Shown piece by piece: positions 6,876-20,112 of a DNA stretch of 64,000 nucleotides. Both the position numbers and the translations under genes were made by a program. Each line of letters opens with the position of its first letter. Within the stretch, counting starts at the first letter, position 1. The notes beneath the pieces are model-generated. The model did no database searches and was not told where the DNA came from. It saw nothing but the letters and a program-made list of their open reading frames with translations. This stretch comes from Candidatus Saccharicenans sp. (GTDB lineage Bacteria > Acidobacteriota > Aminicenantia > Aminicenantales > Saccharicenantaceae), in the NCBI GenBank assembly GCA_035416665.1, contig DAOLNQ010000010.1, forward strand, positions 1,228 to 65,227. The letters are read 5' to 3'.

Positions 6876-9800
6876 ATGCCTGAAAAACAAAATAATTATT
6901 CTGTAGAGAGGGTCGACTACTCTAAAATCAAGACGGTTTTTCCGTTGCCTGACCTTCTCGAAATCCAAAAAAAATCTTATGAAGAATTTTTGCAAATTGA
7001 CCTGCTGCCGGAAGAAAGAAAAGACGTTGGTCTGCAAGCTGCTTTTAAAGACGTTTTTCCCATTCGTGATTTTAAAGAGACGACTGAACTGCAGTTTTTA
7101 AGCTATACTATCGGCGATTGGGAATGCAAATGCGGACGGCTCAAAGGGGTGGAAAAGGCCAGGCCTCGCTGCCTGAGCTGCGGCGCCCTGCTACCTTCAG
7201 AAGTGGCTCAAAACGATAATCAGGTTTGTCCCTATTGCGGTGAAAACAAGAAAATTGAACTTCCACTCTGTGACTATTGCGGCGATAAAGTCGGGCTGAA
7301 GATTAAATACAGCCCGCTGGAATGTATCCGCAAAGGCTACACCTATGAAGCACCGCTCAAGCTAAAAGTTCAACTGGTTTCCTGGGAAAAAGATCCAGCT
7401 ACCAAGACCAGAAGGCTGAAACATATCAAACAGCAGGAAGTTTACTTCGGCAATATCCCTTTAATGACTGACAAAGGTACCTTTATTTTCAATGGTGTGG
7501 AAAGGGTAGTGGTCAGTCAGCTGCAGCGATCGCCAGGAGTCTTTTTCCGACCGGGAGAAATGAAAGGTCAATTTGTGGCCAAAATCATTCCTTACCGTGG
7601 AGCCTGGGTTGAATTTGAAAATGATGCTAAAAATATTCTCTGGGTTCGCCTTGATAGAAAGAAGAAATTTCTGGCCACCGTTTTCCTGAGGGCCCTGGGC
7701 TACAGCAGTGACGAGGACATCATCAGACAATTTTTTAAGGTCTATCAGGTAATTCCGGAAGGTGGCCAGCTGTACTTCAAGGTGGACAGTCAGCTTATTG
7801 GCAAGACGGTCAGAGAAGATATCTATCTTCCAGGTAATACCAGAACTTCACTGGTTAAGTCTGGCACAAAAATCGACCAGGAGGTTCTGGAGAAACTTCA
7901 GTCTCAGAAAGTCGACCGGATTAAGATCTCAACTTTAGATCTGGCCGGCGCTTATTCTTTGACCAATGTCAAAGGCAAGGTTAAGGCGGTCGAAGAGCTG
8001 ACGGCTGAGCAGATTGAATATCTGATCACCAGAGGTGAGCCTTTTGAGGTTTTCTTCCCTGCTGAGGAAGAAAGTGCCCAGATGATTTTAAACACCCTGC
8101 GCAAGGATCCCAAGAAAGACCGGCAACAGGCTTTAAGTGAAATTTACAAAAAGCTCCGGCCCGGCGAACCGCATACCGAAGAAAGCGCTCAGGCTCTCTT
8201 TGAAAATATGTTCTTCAATCCTCAGAAGTTTAATTTCTCCCGGATTGGCCGGTTGAAATTCAATATTAAGCTCGGCCTTGATAGCGGTCAGGAAGATTTT
8301 ATCACTGAGACAGAAAAAAAATCTGGCCCCGAAGACCTCAGCGACCGAATCCTGGCCAAGGAAGACTATATCAGGGTTATCAGATATCTTCTCGGCCTTA
8401 AAAACGGAGAGGGAGAAGTTGACAATATCGATCACCTGGGCAACCGCCGGGTTAGACCGGTCGGAGAGCTGATGGAAAATGCTTTCCGCATTGGACTGAC
8501 CAGGATGGAGAGAACAATCAAGGAGAAGATGACTGTTAGCAGTGATCTATCCACGGCTATGCCTCAGGATTTAATTAATTCGAAGCCGGTCATAGCCGCT
8601 TTGAAGGAGTTTTTCGGTAGTTCCCAGTTATCTCAGTTTATGGATCAGATAAACACCCTGGCCGAGCTGACTCATAAGCGGCGGTTAAGTGCCCTGGGTC
8701 CAGGCGGCTTGAGCCGCGAGAGAGCTGGTTTCGAGGTCAGAGATATTCAGGCCTCACATTATGGACGAATTTGCCCGATTGAAACTCCTGAAGGTCCAAA
8801 TATTGGACTGATTTCATCCCTGAGCTGCTATGCCCGGGTTAATGAATACGGCTTTATTGAAACACCATACCGGAAGGTAGAGAAAGCCAGGGTCGTGGAC
8901 TATGTCAAAATTATCCATCCTGGTTCAACTGACTACCGGCCGAATCAACTGGTTCGGAAAGAAGAAGTGGAAAAGGTAGTCAATAGCTTAAAAGACCAAA
9001 AGAGCAAAGTCCTGCCAGTTTATGAGCCCCACATCTTTTACCTCACAGCCTGGGAAGAAGAAAATTATAAAATTGCTCAGGCCAATGTAGAACTTGATGA
9101 GCGGGGTTATATCAAACAGGAAATAGTCAGTGCCAGAGACCGGGGAGAATTTAAAATTATCCACCGCGACGAAATTGACTTTATGGATGTTTCACCCAAA
9201 CAGCTGGTATCAATTTCCGCCTCACTGATTCCATTCCTGGAACATGATGATGCTAACCGGGCTTTGATGGGCTCCAACATGCAGAGACAGGGTGTGCCTC
9301 TGCTTAAACCGGAGCCACCACTGGTCGGCACCGGCATGGAACATATTACAGCTAAGGGTTCAGGCGATGTGGTCGTCTGCCGGCGGTCGGGTGTGGTTGA
9401 GTTTGTTGATGCCGAAAGGATCATTGTTCGAGTAGATGAGAAGGAAAACAGCCTGTATGAACTGGGGACAGACCTTTATCCTCTGACCAAGTTCTTGAGA
9501 ACCAATCAGAATACCTGTGTCAATCAGCGGCCAATAGTCAGGCGTGGTGACCGGGTGGAGAAAGGCCAGATTCTGGCTGATGGTTCCTGTACAGACCGTG
9601 GAGAGCTGGCCCTGGGCAGAAATATCCTGTGCGCTTTTATGTCCTGGCGTGGCTACAATTTTGAAGATGCTATCATCGTCAGCGAAAAACTGATTAAGGA
9701 GGATGTCTTTACCTCCATACATATCGTGGAAGAAATGGTAGAAGCCCGCGATACCAAGCTCGGACCGGAAGAAATTACTCGTGATATCCCCAATGTTTCT

Positions 9801-11213
9801 GAAAATCTGCTGCGCAATCTGGACGAAAATGGCATTGTCAGGATCGGCGCTTATGTCAAGCCGGGAGATATTCTGGTTGGAAAAGTTGCTCCTAAAGGTG
9901 AAACGCAGCTTTCACCTGAGGAAAAACTCTTAAAGGCTATCTTTGGAGAAAAGGCTCTCGACGTCAAAGATGCTTCGCTTTATTGCCCCCCGGGCGTTGA
10001 AGGTACGGTCATCGATGTCAGAATTTTTACCAGGCGTGGTCAGGAAAAGAACGAAAGAGCCAAAGTTATAGAAAAAGAAGAGATAGCCAAGCTAAAGCGC
10101 AATCTGGAAGATGAGATAGCTATTCTCGAAAGAGAAAAATGGCGGCGGATTAAGAACCTGATCAAAGGCGAGGTTCTAGGCAAAAATGCCAAAATCAACG
10201 GCCGAACCATTGAGAAAGGGACCAGGCTAACTGAAAAATTGCTGGAAGTCATTGAGTTTAAAGATTTAAAAGATCTGGAAGAGATGAAGTTACCTTCCCA
10301 TCCAGAGCGTGATGAAAAAATTAAGGACCTGGACCGCAAGGTAAAAAGGCGGATTGATGCTCTGAAAGCCGAGTTTAAGGAAAATGTTGATGTCCTGAAA
10401 AAAGGAGATGAGCTATCGCCAGGTGTTATTCAGGCTATTAAAGTTTTTGTGGCTATGAAGAGAAGGTTGTCAGTCGGCGATAAAATGTCAGGCCGGCACG
10501 GCAATAAGGGAGTTATTGCCAAAATCGTTCCGGAAGAGGATATGCCCCGCCTGCCTGATGGAACGCCGGTGGAAATAGTTTTAAATCCACTGGGAGTTCC
10601 CTCTCGTATGAATCTGGGTCAGATTCTCGAAACGCATGCTGGCTGGGCAGCTAAAAAGTTGAACCTGTGGCTTTCCACTCCTGTTTTCGACGGGGCCAGT
10701 GAAGACGAAATCAAGGTGCTGCTGCGGCAGGCCGGGTTGCCTGAATCAGGCAAAATCAGGCTCTATGATGGTCTGACCGGAGAACCTTTTGACCAGGAAG
10801 TTGCGGTTGGCTTTATCTATATGATGAAGCTTTATCACCTGGTTGATGACAAGATTCATGCCAGATCAACCGGTCCTTATTCTTTGATCACACAGCAGCC
10901 GCTGGGTGGTAAAGCTCAATTTGGTGGCCAAAGATTTGGCGAGATGGAAGTCTGGGCAATTGAAGCTTACGGAGCTGCTTATACTTTACAGGAAATTCTG
11001 ACCGTTAAGTCGGATGATGTCGAAGGCCGGGCCAAAATGTATGAGGCCATTGTCAAGGGAGACCTTGATTTTCAGCCGGGCTTACCTGAATCAGTCAATG
11101 TTTTGATTCGTGAGTTGCAGGGCCTGTGCCTCAATATCGAATTGCTCAAAGGCGAAAGAGACGAGGCTTTGCCCTGGGGCATTTCTATACCTCAGGCAGC
11201 CAAAGGAGATTAA
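6876..11213 (+). CDS. rpoB: DNA-directed RNA polymerase subunit beta
   Basis: 1445 aa with conserved beta motifs ([50 protein letters not shown]). Extra Cys-rich insertion at residues ~81-147. Confidence 0.97.
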   Translation: MPEKQNNYSVERVDYSKIKTVFPLPDLLEIQKKSYEEFLQIDLLPEERKDVGLQAAFKDVFPIRDFKETTELQFLSYTIGDWECKCGRLKGVEKARPRCLSCGALLPSEVAQNDNQVCPYCGENKKIELPLCDYCGDKVGLKIKYSPLECIRKGYTYEAPLKLKVQLVSWEKDPATKTRRLKHIKQQEVYFGNIPLMTDKGTFIFNGVERVVVSQLQRSPGVFFRPGEMKGQFVAKIIPYRGAWVEFENDAKNILWVRLDRKKKFLATVFLRALGYSSDEDIIRQFFKVYQVIPEGGQLYFKVDSQLIGKTVREDIYLPGNTRTSLVKSGTKIDQEVLEKLQSQKVDRIKISTLDLAGAYSLTNVKGKVKAVEELTAEQIEYLITRGEPFEVFFPAEEESAQMILNTLRKDPKKDRQQALSEIYKKLRPGEPHTEESAQALFENMFFNPQKFNFSRIGRLKFNIKLGLDSGQEDFITETEKKSGPEDLSDRILAKEDYIRVIRYLLGLKNGEGEVDNIDHLGNRRVRPVGELMENAFRIGLTRMERTIKEKMTVSSDLSTAMPQDLINSKPVIAALKEFFGSSQLSQFMDQINTLAELTHKRRLSALGPGGLSRERAGFEVRDIQASHYGRICPIETPEGPNIGLISSLSCYARVNEYGFIETPYRKVEKARVVDYVKIIHPGSTDYRPNQLVRKEEVEKVVNSLKDQKSKVLPVYEPHIFYLTAWEEENYKIAQANVELDERGYIKQEIVSARDRGEFKIIHRDEIDFMDVSPKQLVSISASLIPFLEHDDANRALMGSNMQRQGVPLLKPEPPLVGTGMEHITAKGSGDVVVCRRSGVVEFVDAERIIVRVDEKENSLYELGTDLYPLTKFLRTNQNTCVNQRPIVRRGDRVEKGQILADGSCTDRGELALGRNILCAFMSWRGYNFEDAIIVSEKLIKEDVFTSIHIVEEMVEARDTKLGPEEITRDIPNVSENLLRNLDENGIVRIGAYVKPGDILVGKVAPKGETQLSPEEKLLKAIFGEKALDVKDASLYCPPGVEGTVIDVRIFTRRGQEKNERAKVIEKEEIAKLKRNLEDEIAILEREKWRRIKNLIKGEVLGKNAKINGRTIEKGTRLTEKLLEVIEFKDLKDLEEMKLPSHPERDEKIKDLDRKVKRRIDALKAEFKENVDVLKKGDELSPGVIQAIKVFVAMKRRLSVGDKMSGRHGNKGVIAKIVPEEDMPRLPDGTPVEIVLNPLGVPSRMNLGQILETHAGWAAKKLNLWLSTPVFDGASEDEIKVLLRQAGLPESGKIRLYDGLTGEPFDQEVAVGFIYMMKLYHLVDDKIHARSTGPYSLITQQPLGGKAQFGGQRFGEMEVWAIEAYGAAYTLQEILTVKSDDVEGRAKMYEAIVKGDLDFQPGLPESVNVLIRELQGLCLNIELLKGERDEALPWGISIPQAAKGD

Positions 11214-11216
11214 TAA

Positions 11217-14200
11217 ATGGAGATCAGGCAATCTTTAACGACGAGACCGAAAATTGATTTTGACCGGGTCAGAATCAGTATTGCCTCTCCTGAGAAGATA
11301 AAGAGCTGGTCGTGGGGAGAAGTTACCAAGCCTGAAACGATCAATTACAGAACTTTTAAGCCTGAAAAAGATGGCTTGTTCTGTGCTAAGATTTTCGGCC
11401 CTATCAATGATTATGAATGCTTGTGCGGCAAGTACAAGCGGATGAAGTATAAGGGTATTATTTGCGAACGGTGCGGAGTGGAAGTCACTAAATCCAAAGT
11501 CCGCCGCGAAAGAATGGGCCATATTCAATTAGCTTCACCGGTGGCTCATATCTGGTTTTTCAAGAGTCCGCCGAGCAGGATCGGTCTCATCCTGGATATG
11601 ACCATCAAAGAACTGGAAAAAGTTCTGTATTTTGAATCCTATATAGTCATTCACCCCGGCGATACCGGCCTTAAAGAAAAACAGCTGCTCAACGAAGAAG
11701 AATACCGCGAAGCCCGCGAGAAATTTGGCAACCAGTTTGAAGCCAGCATGGGGGCTGAGGCCATCAAAAAGCTGCTGGAAAAGGTTGATATTGATAAAGA
11801 AAGCGAGAAGCTGCGCCGGGCGATGAAGAAGGATACTTCTCAGCAGAAAAAACTGCACAACGCCAAGAGATTGCGGGTTTTTAAGGGACTTAAGAAATCA
11901 GGCAACCGGCCTGAATGGATGATTCTCGATGTTATTCCAGTTATCCCGCCTGATCTGAGGCCATTGGTGAGACTGGACGGTGGCCGATTTGCTACTTCTG
12001 ATCTGAATGATCTCTATCGTCGTGTTATCAATCGCAATAACCGTCTGAAAAAGCTGATCGAACTCAAGGCACCAGAACTGATCATCAGAAATGAAAAGAG
12101 AATGCTGCAGGAAGCAGTTGACGCTCTGTTTGACAATGGCCGCCGTGGCCGGGTTCATTTAGGTGCCAACCGCCGACCGCTGAAATCTTTAAGTGAAGCC
12201 CTGAGAGGTAAACAAGGTAGATTCAGGCAGAATCTACTGGGGAAAAGAGTAGATTATTCTGGCCGGACAGTCATAGTGGTTGGTCCGGAGCTCAAGCTCA
12301 ATCAGTGCGGCTTACCCAAGAAAATGGCTCTGGAACTATTTAAACCTTTCATCTTTCACAAGCTGGAAAAAGAGGGTTTTGTTCCGTCGGTCAAAGTAGC
12401 CAGAGAATGGCATGAACAGGAAAGACCTGAGGTCTGGGACTGTCTGGAAGAAGTAGTACGAGAACATCCTATTCTTCTTAACCGGGCACCGACCCTTCAC
12501 CGTCTTGGCATTCAGGCCTTTGAGCCATTGTTAATAGAAGGTAAGGCTATTCAGATCCATCCTCTGGTCTGTGCCGCCTTCAATGCTGACTTTGATGGCG
12601 ACCAGATGGCTGTCCATATTCCACTGTCGGTTGAAGCCCAGATTGAAGCCCATACTTTGATGCTATCTTCAAATAATATTCTGTCACCGGCCCACGGGCG
12701 ACCATTAGCCATTCCCAGCCAGGATATGGTTCTGGGCTGTTATTACCTCACTCTGGAGCAGAAGAACGAAAAGGGAGAAGGCCGTATTTTTACTTCTTTT
12801 GATGAAGCTCTGCTGGCTTATGAAGCCGGTGAGGTAGATCTGCACAGCCGGATTAAAGTCAAATACTCTGGTCCTTTTATGAATCTCAAGGCTTTTTATG
12901 ATGATCAGGCTGTTCTGAACTGTCCGGTTAATAATTTAGAAAATGATTTGATTGAAACCACCCCGGGAAAAATTATTTTTAACAGCGTTTTTCCCGAAGG
13001 CGTGCCTTATATTGATGGTCTATTTAAGAGAAAAGGTCTGGAAAATCTGGTCTATTATGTTTATTTGCAGTCGGGACTGGGCAAAACCACTGAGATGCTG
13101 GACAAGCTCAAGCAACTTGGTTTTAACTATGCCACTAAAGCTGGCTTTTCTCTGGGCATAGAGGATTTTATGATTCCAGCCGAAAAGCCAGATATCATCA
13201 AAAAGGCGGAAAAGGAAGTTTCTCAAGTAGAAAAACTTTATCGGGAAGGAACCATCTCCTCTGGGGAGAGATTCAACCGGGTGGTAGAGATCTGGACCTC
13301 GGTTACAGAAAAAGTTACTAACGCCATGATGGAGACGATGAGGAAGGTCAGCTTTGAAGAAAAGAGGTTGAATCCACTTTATGTCATGGCTGACTCCGGT
13401 TCCAGAGGTAATAAACAGCAGATCAGGCAGCTGGCCGCAGTCAGAGGCTTGATGAGCAAACCTTCTGGAGAAATCATTGAAACGCCTATTACTTCCAATC
13501 TGAGAGAAGGGCTGAACGTCCTGGAGTATTTTATTTCCACTCATGGTGCCAGAAAAGGTCTGGCTGATACTGCCCTGAAAACGGCTAATTCTGGTTATCT
13601 CACCAGAAAGCTGGTTGACGTCGCCCAGGAAGTGATAGTTGATCAGCATGATTGCGGGACGCTGAAAGGGGTCAATGTCAGCGCCATTGTTGAGAACGGT
13701 GAAATCGTCGAACCTTTCACGGATAGAATAGTCGGCCGTTATTCACTGGAAAGAATAGTTAACCCTGATGACGGAGAAATAATTGTTGATATGAATCAGG
13801 AGATAACTGAAGCTATTGCCGATAAGATCCAGAATCTGGGCATTGAAAGAATTAAAATTCGATCGGTTCTGACCTGCGAATCGAAGCGCGGTGTCTGCCA
13901 GTTATGTTACGGACGCAGCATGTCCACTGGCCGGCTGGTTGACCTGGGCGAAGCAGTTGGAATTATGGGAGCCCAGTCCATCGGCGAGCCTGGCACTCAG
14001 TTGACGATGAGAACCTTCCACGTAGGCGGTATTGCTATGCGTGGAGCTGAAAAGTCAAAACTTGAAGCTAAAAATGACGGTATAATCAAGTTCAATAATC
14101 TCAACTGGGTAGTTAACCGGGAAGGTACACTGATCGTTGTCAACCGAAATGCCAGTATTGCTATCCTTGATCATCGAGGAAGAGAGATAGAACATTATCA

Positions 14201-15362
14201 GGTGCCATACGGAGCCAGAGTGCTTTTAAAAGATGGTGATCAGGTGAAAGCCCGGCAGGAATTTGCCGAGTGGGATCCTTTCAGTACCTTCATTTTGACT
14301 GAGGAAGCGGGTCGGGTAAGATTCAGAGATGTTGTTCTGGGTATCAGTATGGATGAAATCAGAGACGATTTTACCGGCCTGATCAGCCAGGTTATTACTG
14401 ATCCAAAAGACGAGAAACTGCAGCCCATGGTGGAGATTATCGATCCCAACCAGAAAGATGAGCATGGCGAGCCGTTGGTTAAGAAAAGGTATTTTCTGCC
14501 GAAAGGTGCTAACCTTGATGTTAAGGACGGCGATGAGGTGTTCGCCGGAGATATACTGGCCAAAATTCCAAGAGAAGTGGCCAGAACCAAAGATATTACC
14601 GGCGGTTTGCCCCGGGCCGAGGAACTATTCGAAGCCAGGCGCCCCAAGAACCCGGCAGTCATTTCAGAAATTGACGGTATTGTTCAGATAGGGGATCTGA
14701 CCCGCGGTTATCGCCGGATTGTGGTCAGGAATGAACGAGGCGGAGCGAGAGAATATCTGGTACCGAAGAGCGCTCATTTGCTGGTTTCTGATAATGAGAA
14801 GATCAAAGCTGGAACGCCTCTGATGGATGGGCCGATCAATCCCCATGACATCCTTAAGGTTCTGGGTGAAAAAGAACTGGCTGAATATCTCCTGCGCGAA
14901 CTGCAGGAGGTGTACCGGCTGCAGGGTGTCAACATCAATGATAAACATATTGAGATTATCATCAGGCAGATGCTGCGCTGGGTCAAAATTGAAGAAGTTG
15001 GAGATACAGAATTTCTGGTAGATGAACAGGTTGATAAGTTCAAATTCCAGGAAGAAAATACCAAAATCCTGCAAAGAGGCGGGAAACCGGCCAAGGCTCG
15101 TCCGTTGCTGCTCGGCGTAACCAAGAGTGCTTTGAGCACTGATAGCTTTATTGCTGCTGCCTCCTTCCAGGAAACAACCAGAGTTTTAACGGAAGCTGCT
15201 CTTTATGGCAAAGTCGATTATCTCAGGAAGATAAAAGAAAATGTCATTATGGGTAGATTAATCCCAGCCGGAACTGGTTTTCCTTATTACCGCAATGTTA
15301 TTCTCAAAACAGAGCCAGCGGTTAAGGAAGAAAAAGAAGCTGAAGTCCAGGTTCAGAGCTGA
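11217..15362 (+). CDS. rpoC: DNA-directed RNA polymerase subunit beta prime
   Basis: 1381 aa. N-terminal zinc motif [20 protein letters not shown] and catalytic NADFDGDQM. Confidence 0.97.
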   Translation: MEIRQSLTTRPKIDFDRVRISIASPEKIKSWSWGEVTKPETINYRTFKPEKDGLFCAKIFGPINDYECLCGKYKRMKYKGIICERCGVEVTKSKVRRERMGHIQLASPVAHIWFFKSPPSRIGLILDMTIKELEKVLYFESYIVIHPGDTGLKEKQLLNEEEYREAREKFGNQFEASMGAEAIKKLLEKVDIDKESEKLRRAMKKDTSQQKKLHNAKRLRVFKGLKKSGNRPEWMILDVIPVIPPDLRPLVRLDGGRFATSDLNDLYRRVINRNNRLKKLIELKAPELIIRNEKRMLQEAVDALFDNGRRGRVHLGANRRPLKSLSEALRGKQGRFRQNLLGKRVDYSGRTVIVVGPELKLNQCGLPKKMALELFKPFIFHKLEKEGFVPSVKVAREWHEQERPEVWDCLEEVVREHPILLNRAPTLHRLGIQAFEPLLIEGKAIQIHPLVCAAFNADFDGDQMAVHIPLSVEAQIEAHTLMLSSNNILSPAHGRPLAIPSQDMVLGCYYLTLEQKNEKGEGRIFTSFDEALLAYEAGEVDLHSRIKVKYSGPFMNLKAFYDDQAVLNCPVNNLENDLIETTPGKIIFNSVFPEGVPYIDGLFKRKGLENLVYYVYLQSGLGKTTEMLDKLKQLGFNYATKAGFSLGIEDFMIPAEKPDIIKKAEKEVSQVEKLYREGTISSGERFNRVVEIWTSVTEKVTNAMMETMRKVSFEEKRLNPLYVMADSGSRGNKQQIRQLAAVRGLMSKPSGEIIETPITSNLREGLNVLEYFISTHGARKGLADTALKTANSGYLTRKLVDVAQEVIVDQHDCGTLKGVNVSAIVENGEIVEPFTDRIVGRYSLERIVNPDDGEIIVDMNQEITEAIADKIQNLGIERIKIRSVLTCESKRGVCQLCYGRSMSTGRLVDLGEAVGIMGAQSIGEPGTQLTMRTFHVGGIAMRGAEKSKLEAKNDGIIKFNNLNWVVNREGTLIVVNRNASIAILDHRGREIEHYQVPYGARVLLKDGDQVKARQEFAEWDPFSTFILTEEAGRVRFRDVVLGISMDEIRDDFTGLISQVITDPKDEKLQPMVEIIDPNQKDEHGEPLVKKRYFLPKGANLDVKDGDEVFAGDILAKIPREVARTKDITGGLPRAEELFEARRPKNPAVISEIDGIVQIGDLTRGYRRIVVRNERGGAREYLVPKSAHLLVSDNEKIKAGTPLMDGPINPHDILKVLGEKELAEYLLRELQEVYRLQGVNINDKHIEIIIRQMLRWVKIEEVGDTEFLVDEQVDKFKFQEENTKILQRGGKPAKARPLLLGVTKSALSTDSFIAAASFQETTRVLTEAALYGKVDYLRKIKENVIMGRLIPAGTGFPYYRNVILKTEPAVKEEKEAEVQVQS

Positions 15363-15393
15363 TGTAAAAAAAGCAAAATAGTCTGTAATTTTC

Positions 15394-15422
15394 TTGACAA
15401 TTAAGGCTGTTTTTGCTATCCT
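15394..15422 (+). promoter_or_regulatory. sigma-70-like promoter upstream of rpsL (str operon)
   Basis: TTGACA (15394-15399), 17-nt spacer, TATCCT (15417-15422). Confidence 0.4.
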
Positions 15423-15493
15423 TCTGACATATTTCCCGGGAGATTTGTCCCGAGAAAAAGAGGATAAGTTTTTCTATCTGAGGAGAATTTTAA

Positions 15494-15886
15494 GTGCCAA
15501 CTGTCAATCAACTTGTGCGAAAAGGCAGAGCGCCAAAGAGGTATAAGAGTAAGGCGCCGGCCCTGGATGCCTGTCCTCAAAAGAGAGGCGTCTGTGTCCG
15601 CGTTTTTACCACTACTCCCAAGAAGCCAAATTCTGCTTTGAGAAAGGTGGCCAGAGTTAGACTGACCAATAACGTCGAAGTCACAGCTTATATTCCCGGT
15701 ATTGGCCACAATTTGCAGGAGCACTCTATCGTTCTGATAAGAGGTGGCAGGGTCAAGGATTTGCCTGGCGTGAGATATCACATCATTCGCGGGGCTCTTG
15801 ATGCCGAAGGAGTCCAGAACAGGTTTAAAGCTCGGTCTCGCTATGGAGCCAAGAAGCCGAAAGAGAAAAAGGGCGGAGGGAAGTAA
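15494..15886 (+). CDS. rpsL: 30S ribosomal protein S12
   Basis: 130 aa, GTG start, [12 protein letters not shown]...[11 protein letters not shown]. Confidence 0.96.
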   Translation: MPTVNQLVRKGRAPKRYKSKAPALDACPQKRGVCVRVFTTTPKKPNSALRKVARVRLTNNVEVTAYIPGIGHNLQEHSIVLIRGGRVKDLPGVRYHIIRGALDAEGVQNRFKARSRYGAKKPKEKKGGGK

Positions 15887-15906
15887 CCAGATTGAGGAGA
15901 TGAAAG

Positions 15907-16377
15907 ATGCCAAGACGCGGAATAGTTAGAAAAAGAAAGCCACAGCCCGACCCGAAGTATAATTCGGCCCTGGTTGGCAAGTTCATTAATCTGGTTCTGG
16001 GCAGAGGTAAAAAAAGTGTGGCAGAAAGGATTGTTTATAATACACTGGACATGGTGCAGCAGAGAGCCAAGGAAGATCCTCTGAAAGCTCTGGAAAAAGC
16101 GATTGATAATGTTCGGCCGATGGTTGAGACTAAATCGAGAAGAGTAGGTGGTGCTACCTATCAGGTACCGGTTGAGGTGCCTGAGGACAGATCAATTTCA
16201 GTTGGCATGCGCTGGTTGATCAAATATGCCAGTGAGCGAAGCGGCAGGAGCATGGAAGAAAAGCTGTCAGCTGAGATTCTGGATGCTCTGGCTAATAAGG
16301 GCGGAGCTGTTAAGAAAAGGGAAGATACCCATAAGATGGCCGAATCTAACAGAGCTTTTGCCCACTATAAATGGTAA
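15907..16377 (+). CDS. rpsG: 30S ribosomal protein S7
   Basis: 156 aa, MPRRG...PDPKYNS...AHYKW. Confidence 0.96.
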   Translation: MPRRGIVRKRKPQPDPKYNSALVGKFINLVLGRGKKSVAERIVYNTLDMVQQRAKEDPLKALEKAIDNVRPMVETKSRRVGGATYQVPVEVPEDRSISVGMRWLIKYASERSGRSMEEKLSAEILDALANKGGAVKKREDTHKMAESNRAFAHYKW

Positions 16378-16441
16378 ATAGAATATCGGTTAAGCATCTT
16401 ATTAAATTTATATTTTTGCCTATAAATGGAGAAGAAAGTTC

Positions 16442-18544
16442 ATGCGGTCGTGCCCGATCGACAAAGTCAGGAATATTGGCCTTATGGCCCATATTGATGC
16501 GGGCAAGACTACAACTACGGAGAGGATCCTTTACTTCACCGGTATCACCTACAAAATGGGTGAGGTGGATGAAGGCACGGCTGTCATGGACTGGATGGCA
16601 CAGGAGCAGGAACGCGGCATAACTATTACTGCCGCTGCTACCACCTGTTTCTGGCAGGACCACCGGATAAATATAATAGACACGCCGGGACACGTTGATT
16701 TTACCGCTGAGGTCGAGCGGTCATTACGAGTCCTGGATGGGGCGATTATCATTCTTTGTGCGGTCGGTGGTGTAGAATCGCAATCGGAAACGGTCTGGAG
16801 ACAAGCCGATAAATATCGGGTACCCAGGATTATTTATGTGAACAAAATGGACAGATTAGGTGCTGAACCCAGAAGAGTCGTCGAAGAAGTCAAGACCCGT
16901 CTGGGAGCCAGACCGCTGGTACTGCAGATTCCCCTCGGTGTGGAGAGTAATTTTCAGGGAGTCGTTGACCTTGTTGGCAGGAAAGAAATAGTCTGGAAAG
17001 ATGATCAGACCGGGACCAATTTTGAGGTGAGACCTGTTTCTTCTGAATATAAGGAAGAAGTTGAGCAAAAACGCCGGGAAATGCTGGAAATGCTAAGTGA
17101 AGTAGATGATGAGCTGATGAAGAAATATCTCGACGATGAAGACATCCAGCCGGAAGAAATCAAGCGAGCAGTTAGAAAAGGCACACTCGATCTGAAGTTT
17201 TACCCCGTTCTGTTTGGGGCTTCCTTTCGCAATAAAGGGATTCAGCCTCTGCTGGATGCGATTGTTGATTATCTGCCTTCTCCTGTGGATATTCCTCCGG
17301 TCAAAGGCTATCACCCGCGAACCAATCAAGAAGAAGTCAGGAAAGCCTCAGATAGTGAGAGTTTCTGTGCCCTGGTTTTTAAGATTATGAATGATGCCTT
17401 TCTAGGGAATCTGGCTTATTTTCGGGTTTATTCAGGTAAGCTGAAGGTTGGTTCCTATGTTTATAATGCCACCAAAGATCAGGAGGAAAGAGTTACCAGA
17501 CTGCTGGAAATGCATGCTAATAAGCGGCGTGAAATAGATGAGGTTTATGCCGGCGATATAGCTGCTTTTGGTGGTATGAAGGGCCTTTCGACAGGTGACA
17601 CTCTCTGTTTGAAAAGCCGTCCAATTTTACTTGAACCTCCGACTTTTCCGGAGCCAGTTGTTTCAGCTACGATTGAGCCTAAAACCAAGGCCGATCATCA
17701 GAGATTGGTGTCAACTCTCGAAAAATTTATGATAGAAGACCCAACTTTCAGGTTGGTTCACGAGCCGATGACCGGCCAGACTCTGGTTCAGGGTATGGGT
17801 GAACTTCACCTGGAAATAATTGTAGACAGACTGTCCAGAGAATACGGACTGCAGGTCAGATTGGGCCGTCCGCAGGTTGCTTATAAAGAGACTATAACCG
17901 GTGAGGCTCAGGGCGAAGGAACATTTATCAGGCAGCTAGCCGGGAAGGGCCAGTATGGTCATTGTGTTATCAAGCTAGAGCCTTTGGCGAGAGGAAAGGG
18001 CTTTGAATTTGTCAATCTGCTAAAATCTCATGCTATTCCTGAGGAATTTGTGATTGAAATCGAGAGGGGCATAAGGGAGGCGATGGAAGCCGGTCTGGTG
18101 GCCGGTTATCCGGTGACGGATCTAAGAGCCAGCCTCCTTGAAGCCAATTATCATGAAGATGATTCGGTTGCAATTGCTTATAAAATAGCTGCTTCCATGG
18201 CCTTTAAACAGGCTGGCGAGAAAGCTGGACCGGTTATTCTTGAACCGATTATGAAACTGGAAATAGTAACTCCCGACGATTATGTTGGGGGACTAGTTGG
18301 AGATATAAACGCCCGGCGGGGTAGGATCGAAGCTATTGAAATGAAAGGCAGCTCAAGAGATTTAAGGGCTTTTGTCCCTCTGGCCGAAATGTTCGGTTAT
18401 GCTACTGTCTTGAGAACTATAACCCAGGGACGCGGAAGTTTTTCGCTGGAATTTTCAGCCTACGAGCCAACACCGCCTGACGTTCAGGAAGAAATTAAAG
18501 CCAGAGTAGAGGGAAGAATTCCCTTCAGCGAAGCGAGGAGGTAA
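16442..18544 (+). CDS. fusA: elongation factor G
   Basis: 700 aa. [15 protein letters not shown], canonical switch [16 protein letters not shown] and NKMD. Confidence 0.96.
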   Translation: MRSCPIDKVRNIGLMAHIDAGKTTTTERILYFTGITYKMGEVDEGTAVMDWMAQEQERGITITAAATTCFWQDHRINIIDTPGHVDFTAEVERSLRVLDGAIIILCAVGGVESQSETVWRQADKYRVPRIIYVNKMDRLGAEPRRVVEEVKTRLGARPLVLQIPLGVESNFQGVVDLVGRKEIVWKDDQTGTNFEVRPVSSEYKEEVEQKRREMLEMLSEVDDELMKKYLDDEDIQPEEIKRAVRKGTLDLKFYPVLFGASFRNKGIQPLLDAIVDYLPSPVDIPPVKGYHPRTNQEEVRKASDSESFCALVFKIMNDAFLGNLAYFRVYSGKLKVGSYVYNATKDQEERVTRLLEMHANKRREIDEVYAGDIAAFGGMKGLSTGDTLCLKSRPILLEPPTFPEPVVSATIEPKTKADHQRLVSTLEKFMIEDPTFRLVHEPMTGQTLVQGMGELHLEIIVDRLSREYGLQVRLGRPQVAYKETITGEAQGEGTFIRQLAGKGQYGHCVIKLEPLARGKGFEFVNLLKSHAIPEEFVIEIERGIREAMEAGLVAGYPVTDLRASLLEANYHEDDSVAIAYKIAASMAFKQAGEKAGPVILEPIMKLEIVTPDDYVGGLVGDINARRGRIEAIEMKGSSRDLRAFVPLAEMFGYATVLRTITQGRGSFSLEFSAYEPTPPDVQEEIKARVEGRIPFSEARR

Positions 18545-19755
18545 AAAGAGATGGCTAAGGAAAAGTTTGTAAGGACGAAGCCGCATGTGAACGTAGGGAC
18601 GATAGGGCACATAGATCACGGTAAGACGACGTTGACATCGGCGATAACGAAGGTATTATCGACGAAGGGGATGGCGCAGTACAAGAGTTATGATGAGGTG
18701 GCGAAGGCAGATGCGAAGATGTTCAGGCGAGATGCGACGAAGATATTGACGGTGGCGTTGTCGCATGTGGAGTATGAGACAGAGAAGAGGCACTATGCGC
18801 ACATAGATTGTCCAGGGCACGTGGATTACATCAAGAACATGATCAGTGGGGCAGCGCAGATGGACGGGGCGGTGCTGGTGGTAGCGGCTGATGATGGTCC
18901 GATGCCGCAGACGAGGGAGCATATCTTATTAGCGCGGCAGGTGGATGTACCGGCGATTGTGGTATTTATCAACAAGGTGGACTTAGTGGATGATCCGGAG
19001 ATACTGGACTTAGTGGAGTTAGAGGTGAGGGAGCTTCTGAGCAAGTATGATTTTCCTGGTGACAAGACGCCGGTGATCAGGGGTAGTGCGACGAAGGCGT
19101 TAGCTGATCCAGAGGGAGAAGGCGGGAAGCCGATCTGGGAGTTAGTGAAGGCGATGGATGAGTTTATACCGGAGCCGGTACGGGAGATAGACAAGCCATT
19201 TTTGATGTCGATAGAGGATATATTTTCGATAACAGGACGTGGGACAGTGGTAACGGGGAGGATAGAGCGCGGGGTGGTGAAGGTAGGGGACGAGGTCGAG
19301 ATAGTAGGATTTGGGGAGACGAAGAAGACGGTGGTGACAGGGATAGAGATGTTCCGGAAGATACTGGATCAGGGACAGGCTGGAGACAATGTAGGATGTT
19401 TGTTGAGGGGGATAGGTAAGGATGAAGTGGAGAGGGGACAGGTTTTAGCGAAGCCCGGGACGATCACACCGCACAAGAGATTTAAGGCGCAGATATATGC
19501 GTTGACGAAGGATGAAGGTGGTAGGCACACGCCGTTTTTCAATGGTTATCGTCCGCAGTTTTATTTTCGGACGACTGATGTGACGGGGTCAGTGAAGCTA
19601 CCGGCTGGAGTAGAGATGGTGATGCCAGGAGACAATGCGGAGGTAGAGGTGGAACTGATCACGACGGTGGCGATGGAGAAGGGGCTGAGATTTGCTATCA
19701 GAGAGGGCGGACGGACGGTTGGCGCTGGTACCGTCACCGAAATCCTGGAATAGAG
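18534..19755 (+). repeat. 1222-bp direct repeat, copy 2 (last 11 nt of fusA plus tuf)
   Basis: Identical to 2388..3609. The repeat begins inside the fusA 3' end (CGAGGAGGTAA) and ends 2 nt after the tuf TAG. Confidence 0.85.
18551..19753 (+). CDS. tuf: elongation factor Tu (copy 2)
   Basis: 400 aa, identical to copy 1. Canonical str-operon position after fusA. Confidence 0.95.
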   Translation: MAKEKFVRTKPHVNVGTIGHIDHGKTTLTSAITKVLSTKGMAQYKSYDEVAKADAKMFRRDATKILTVALSHVEYETEKRHYAHIDCPGHVDYIKNMISGAAQMDGAVLVVAADDGPMPQTREHILLARQVDVPAIVVFINKVDLVDDPEILDLVELEVRELLSKYDFPGDKTPVIRGSATKALADPEGEGGKPIWELVKAMDEFIPEPVREIDKPFLMSIEDIFSITGRGTVVTGRIERGVVKVGDEVEIVGFGETKKTVVTGIEMFRKILDQGQAGDNVGCLLRGIGKDEVERGQVLAKPGTITPHKRFKAQIYALTKDEGGRHTPFFNGYRPQFYFRTTDVTGSVKLPAGVEMVMPGDNAEVEVELITTVAMEKGLRFAIREGGRTVGAGTVTEILE

Positions 19756-19792
19756 TGAAGGAAGGGCTTTTTATGGAGAACGAGGAACGAAC

Positions 19793-20110
19793 ATGGAAAA
19801 GATAAGAATCAAACTGCAGTCATTTGACCACAGGCTTTTAGATCAATCGGTGAAGGATATCGTTATTAAGGCCAGAAGAACAGGAGCCAAAATCTCCGGT
19901 CCAATCCCGCTGCCGACCAAAATTCAGCGGTTTTGCGTTCTTCGTTCACCGCATGTTGATAAAAGGTCCAGAGAGCATTTTGAGATGAGAGTTCATAAGA
20001 GGGTATTAGACATAAGCGAATACAGCAATGAAACAATAGAAGAACTACAGAAACTCGACCTGCCAGCTGGTATAGATGTAGAAATTAAAGCTTTTGGGGC
20101 AGGAGAATGA
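19793..20110 (+). CDS. rpsJ: 30S ribosomal protein S10
   Basis: 105 aa, [16 protein letters not shown]. Confidence 0.95.
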   Translation: MEKIRIKLQSFDHRLLDQSVKDIVIKARRTGAKISGPIPLPTKIQRFCVLRSPHVDKRSREHFEMRVHKRVLDISEYSNETIEELQKLDLPAGIDVEIKAFGAGE

Positions 20111-20112
20111 AG

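Noticed and set aside
13020-13649. 209-aa antisense ORF inside rpoC. Similar long antisense or alternate-frame ORFs occur at 15416..15913, 36102..36557, 39943..40416, 41891..42337, 49585..50082, 50762..51250 and 57558..58178.
   Set aside because: All lie fully within well-supported conserved genes. They have low-complexity or odd composition and no independent signals, so I treat them as spurious.
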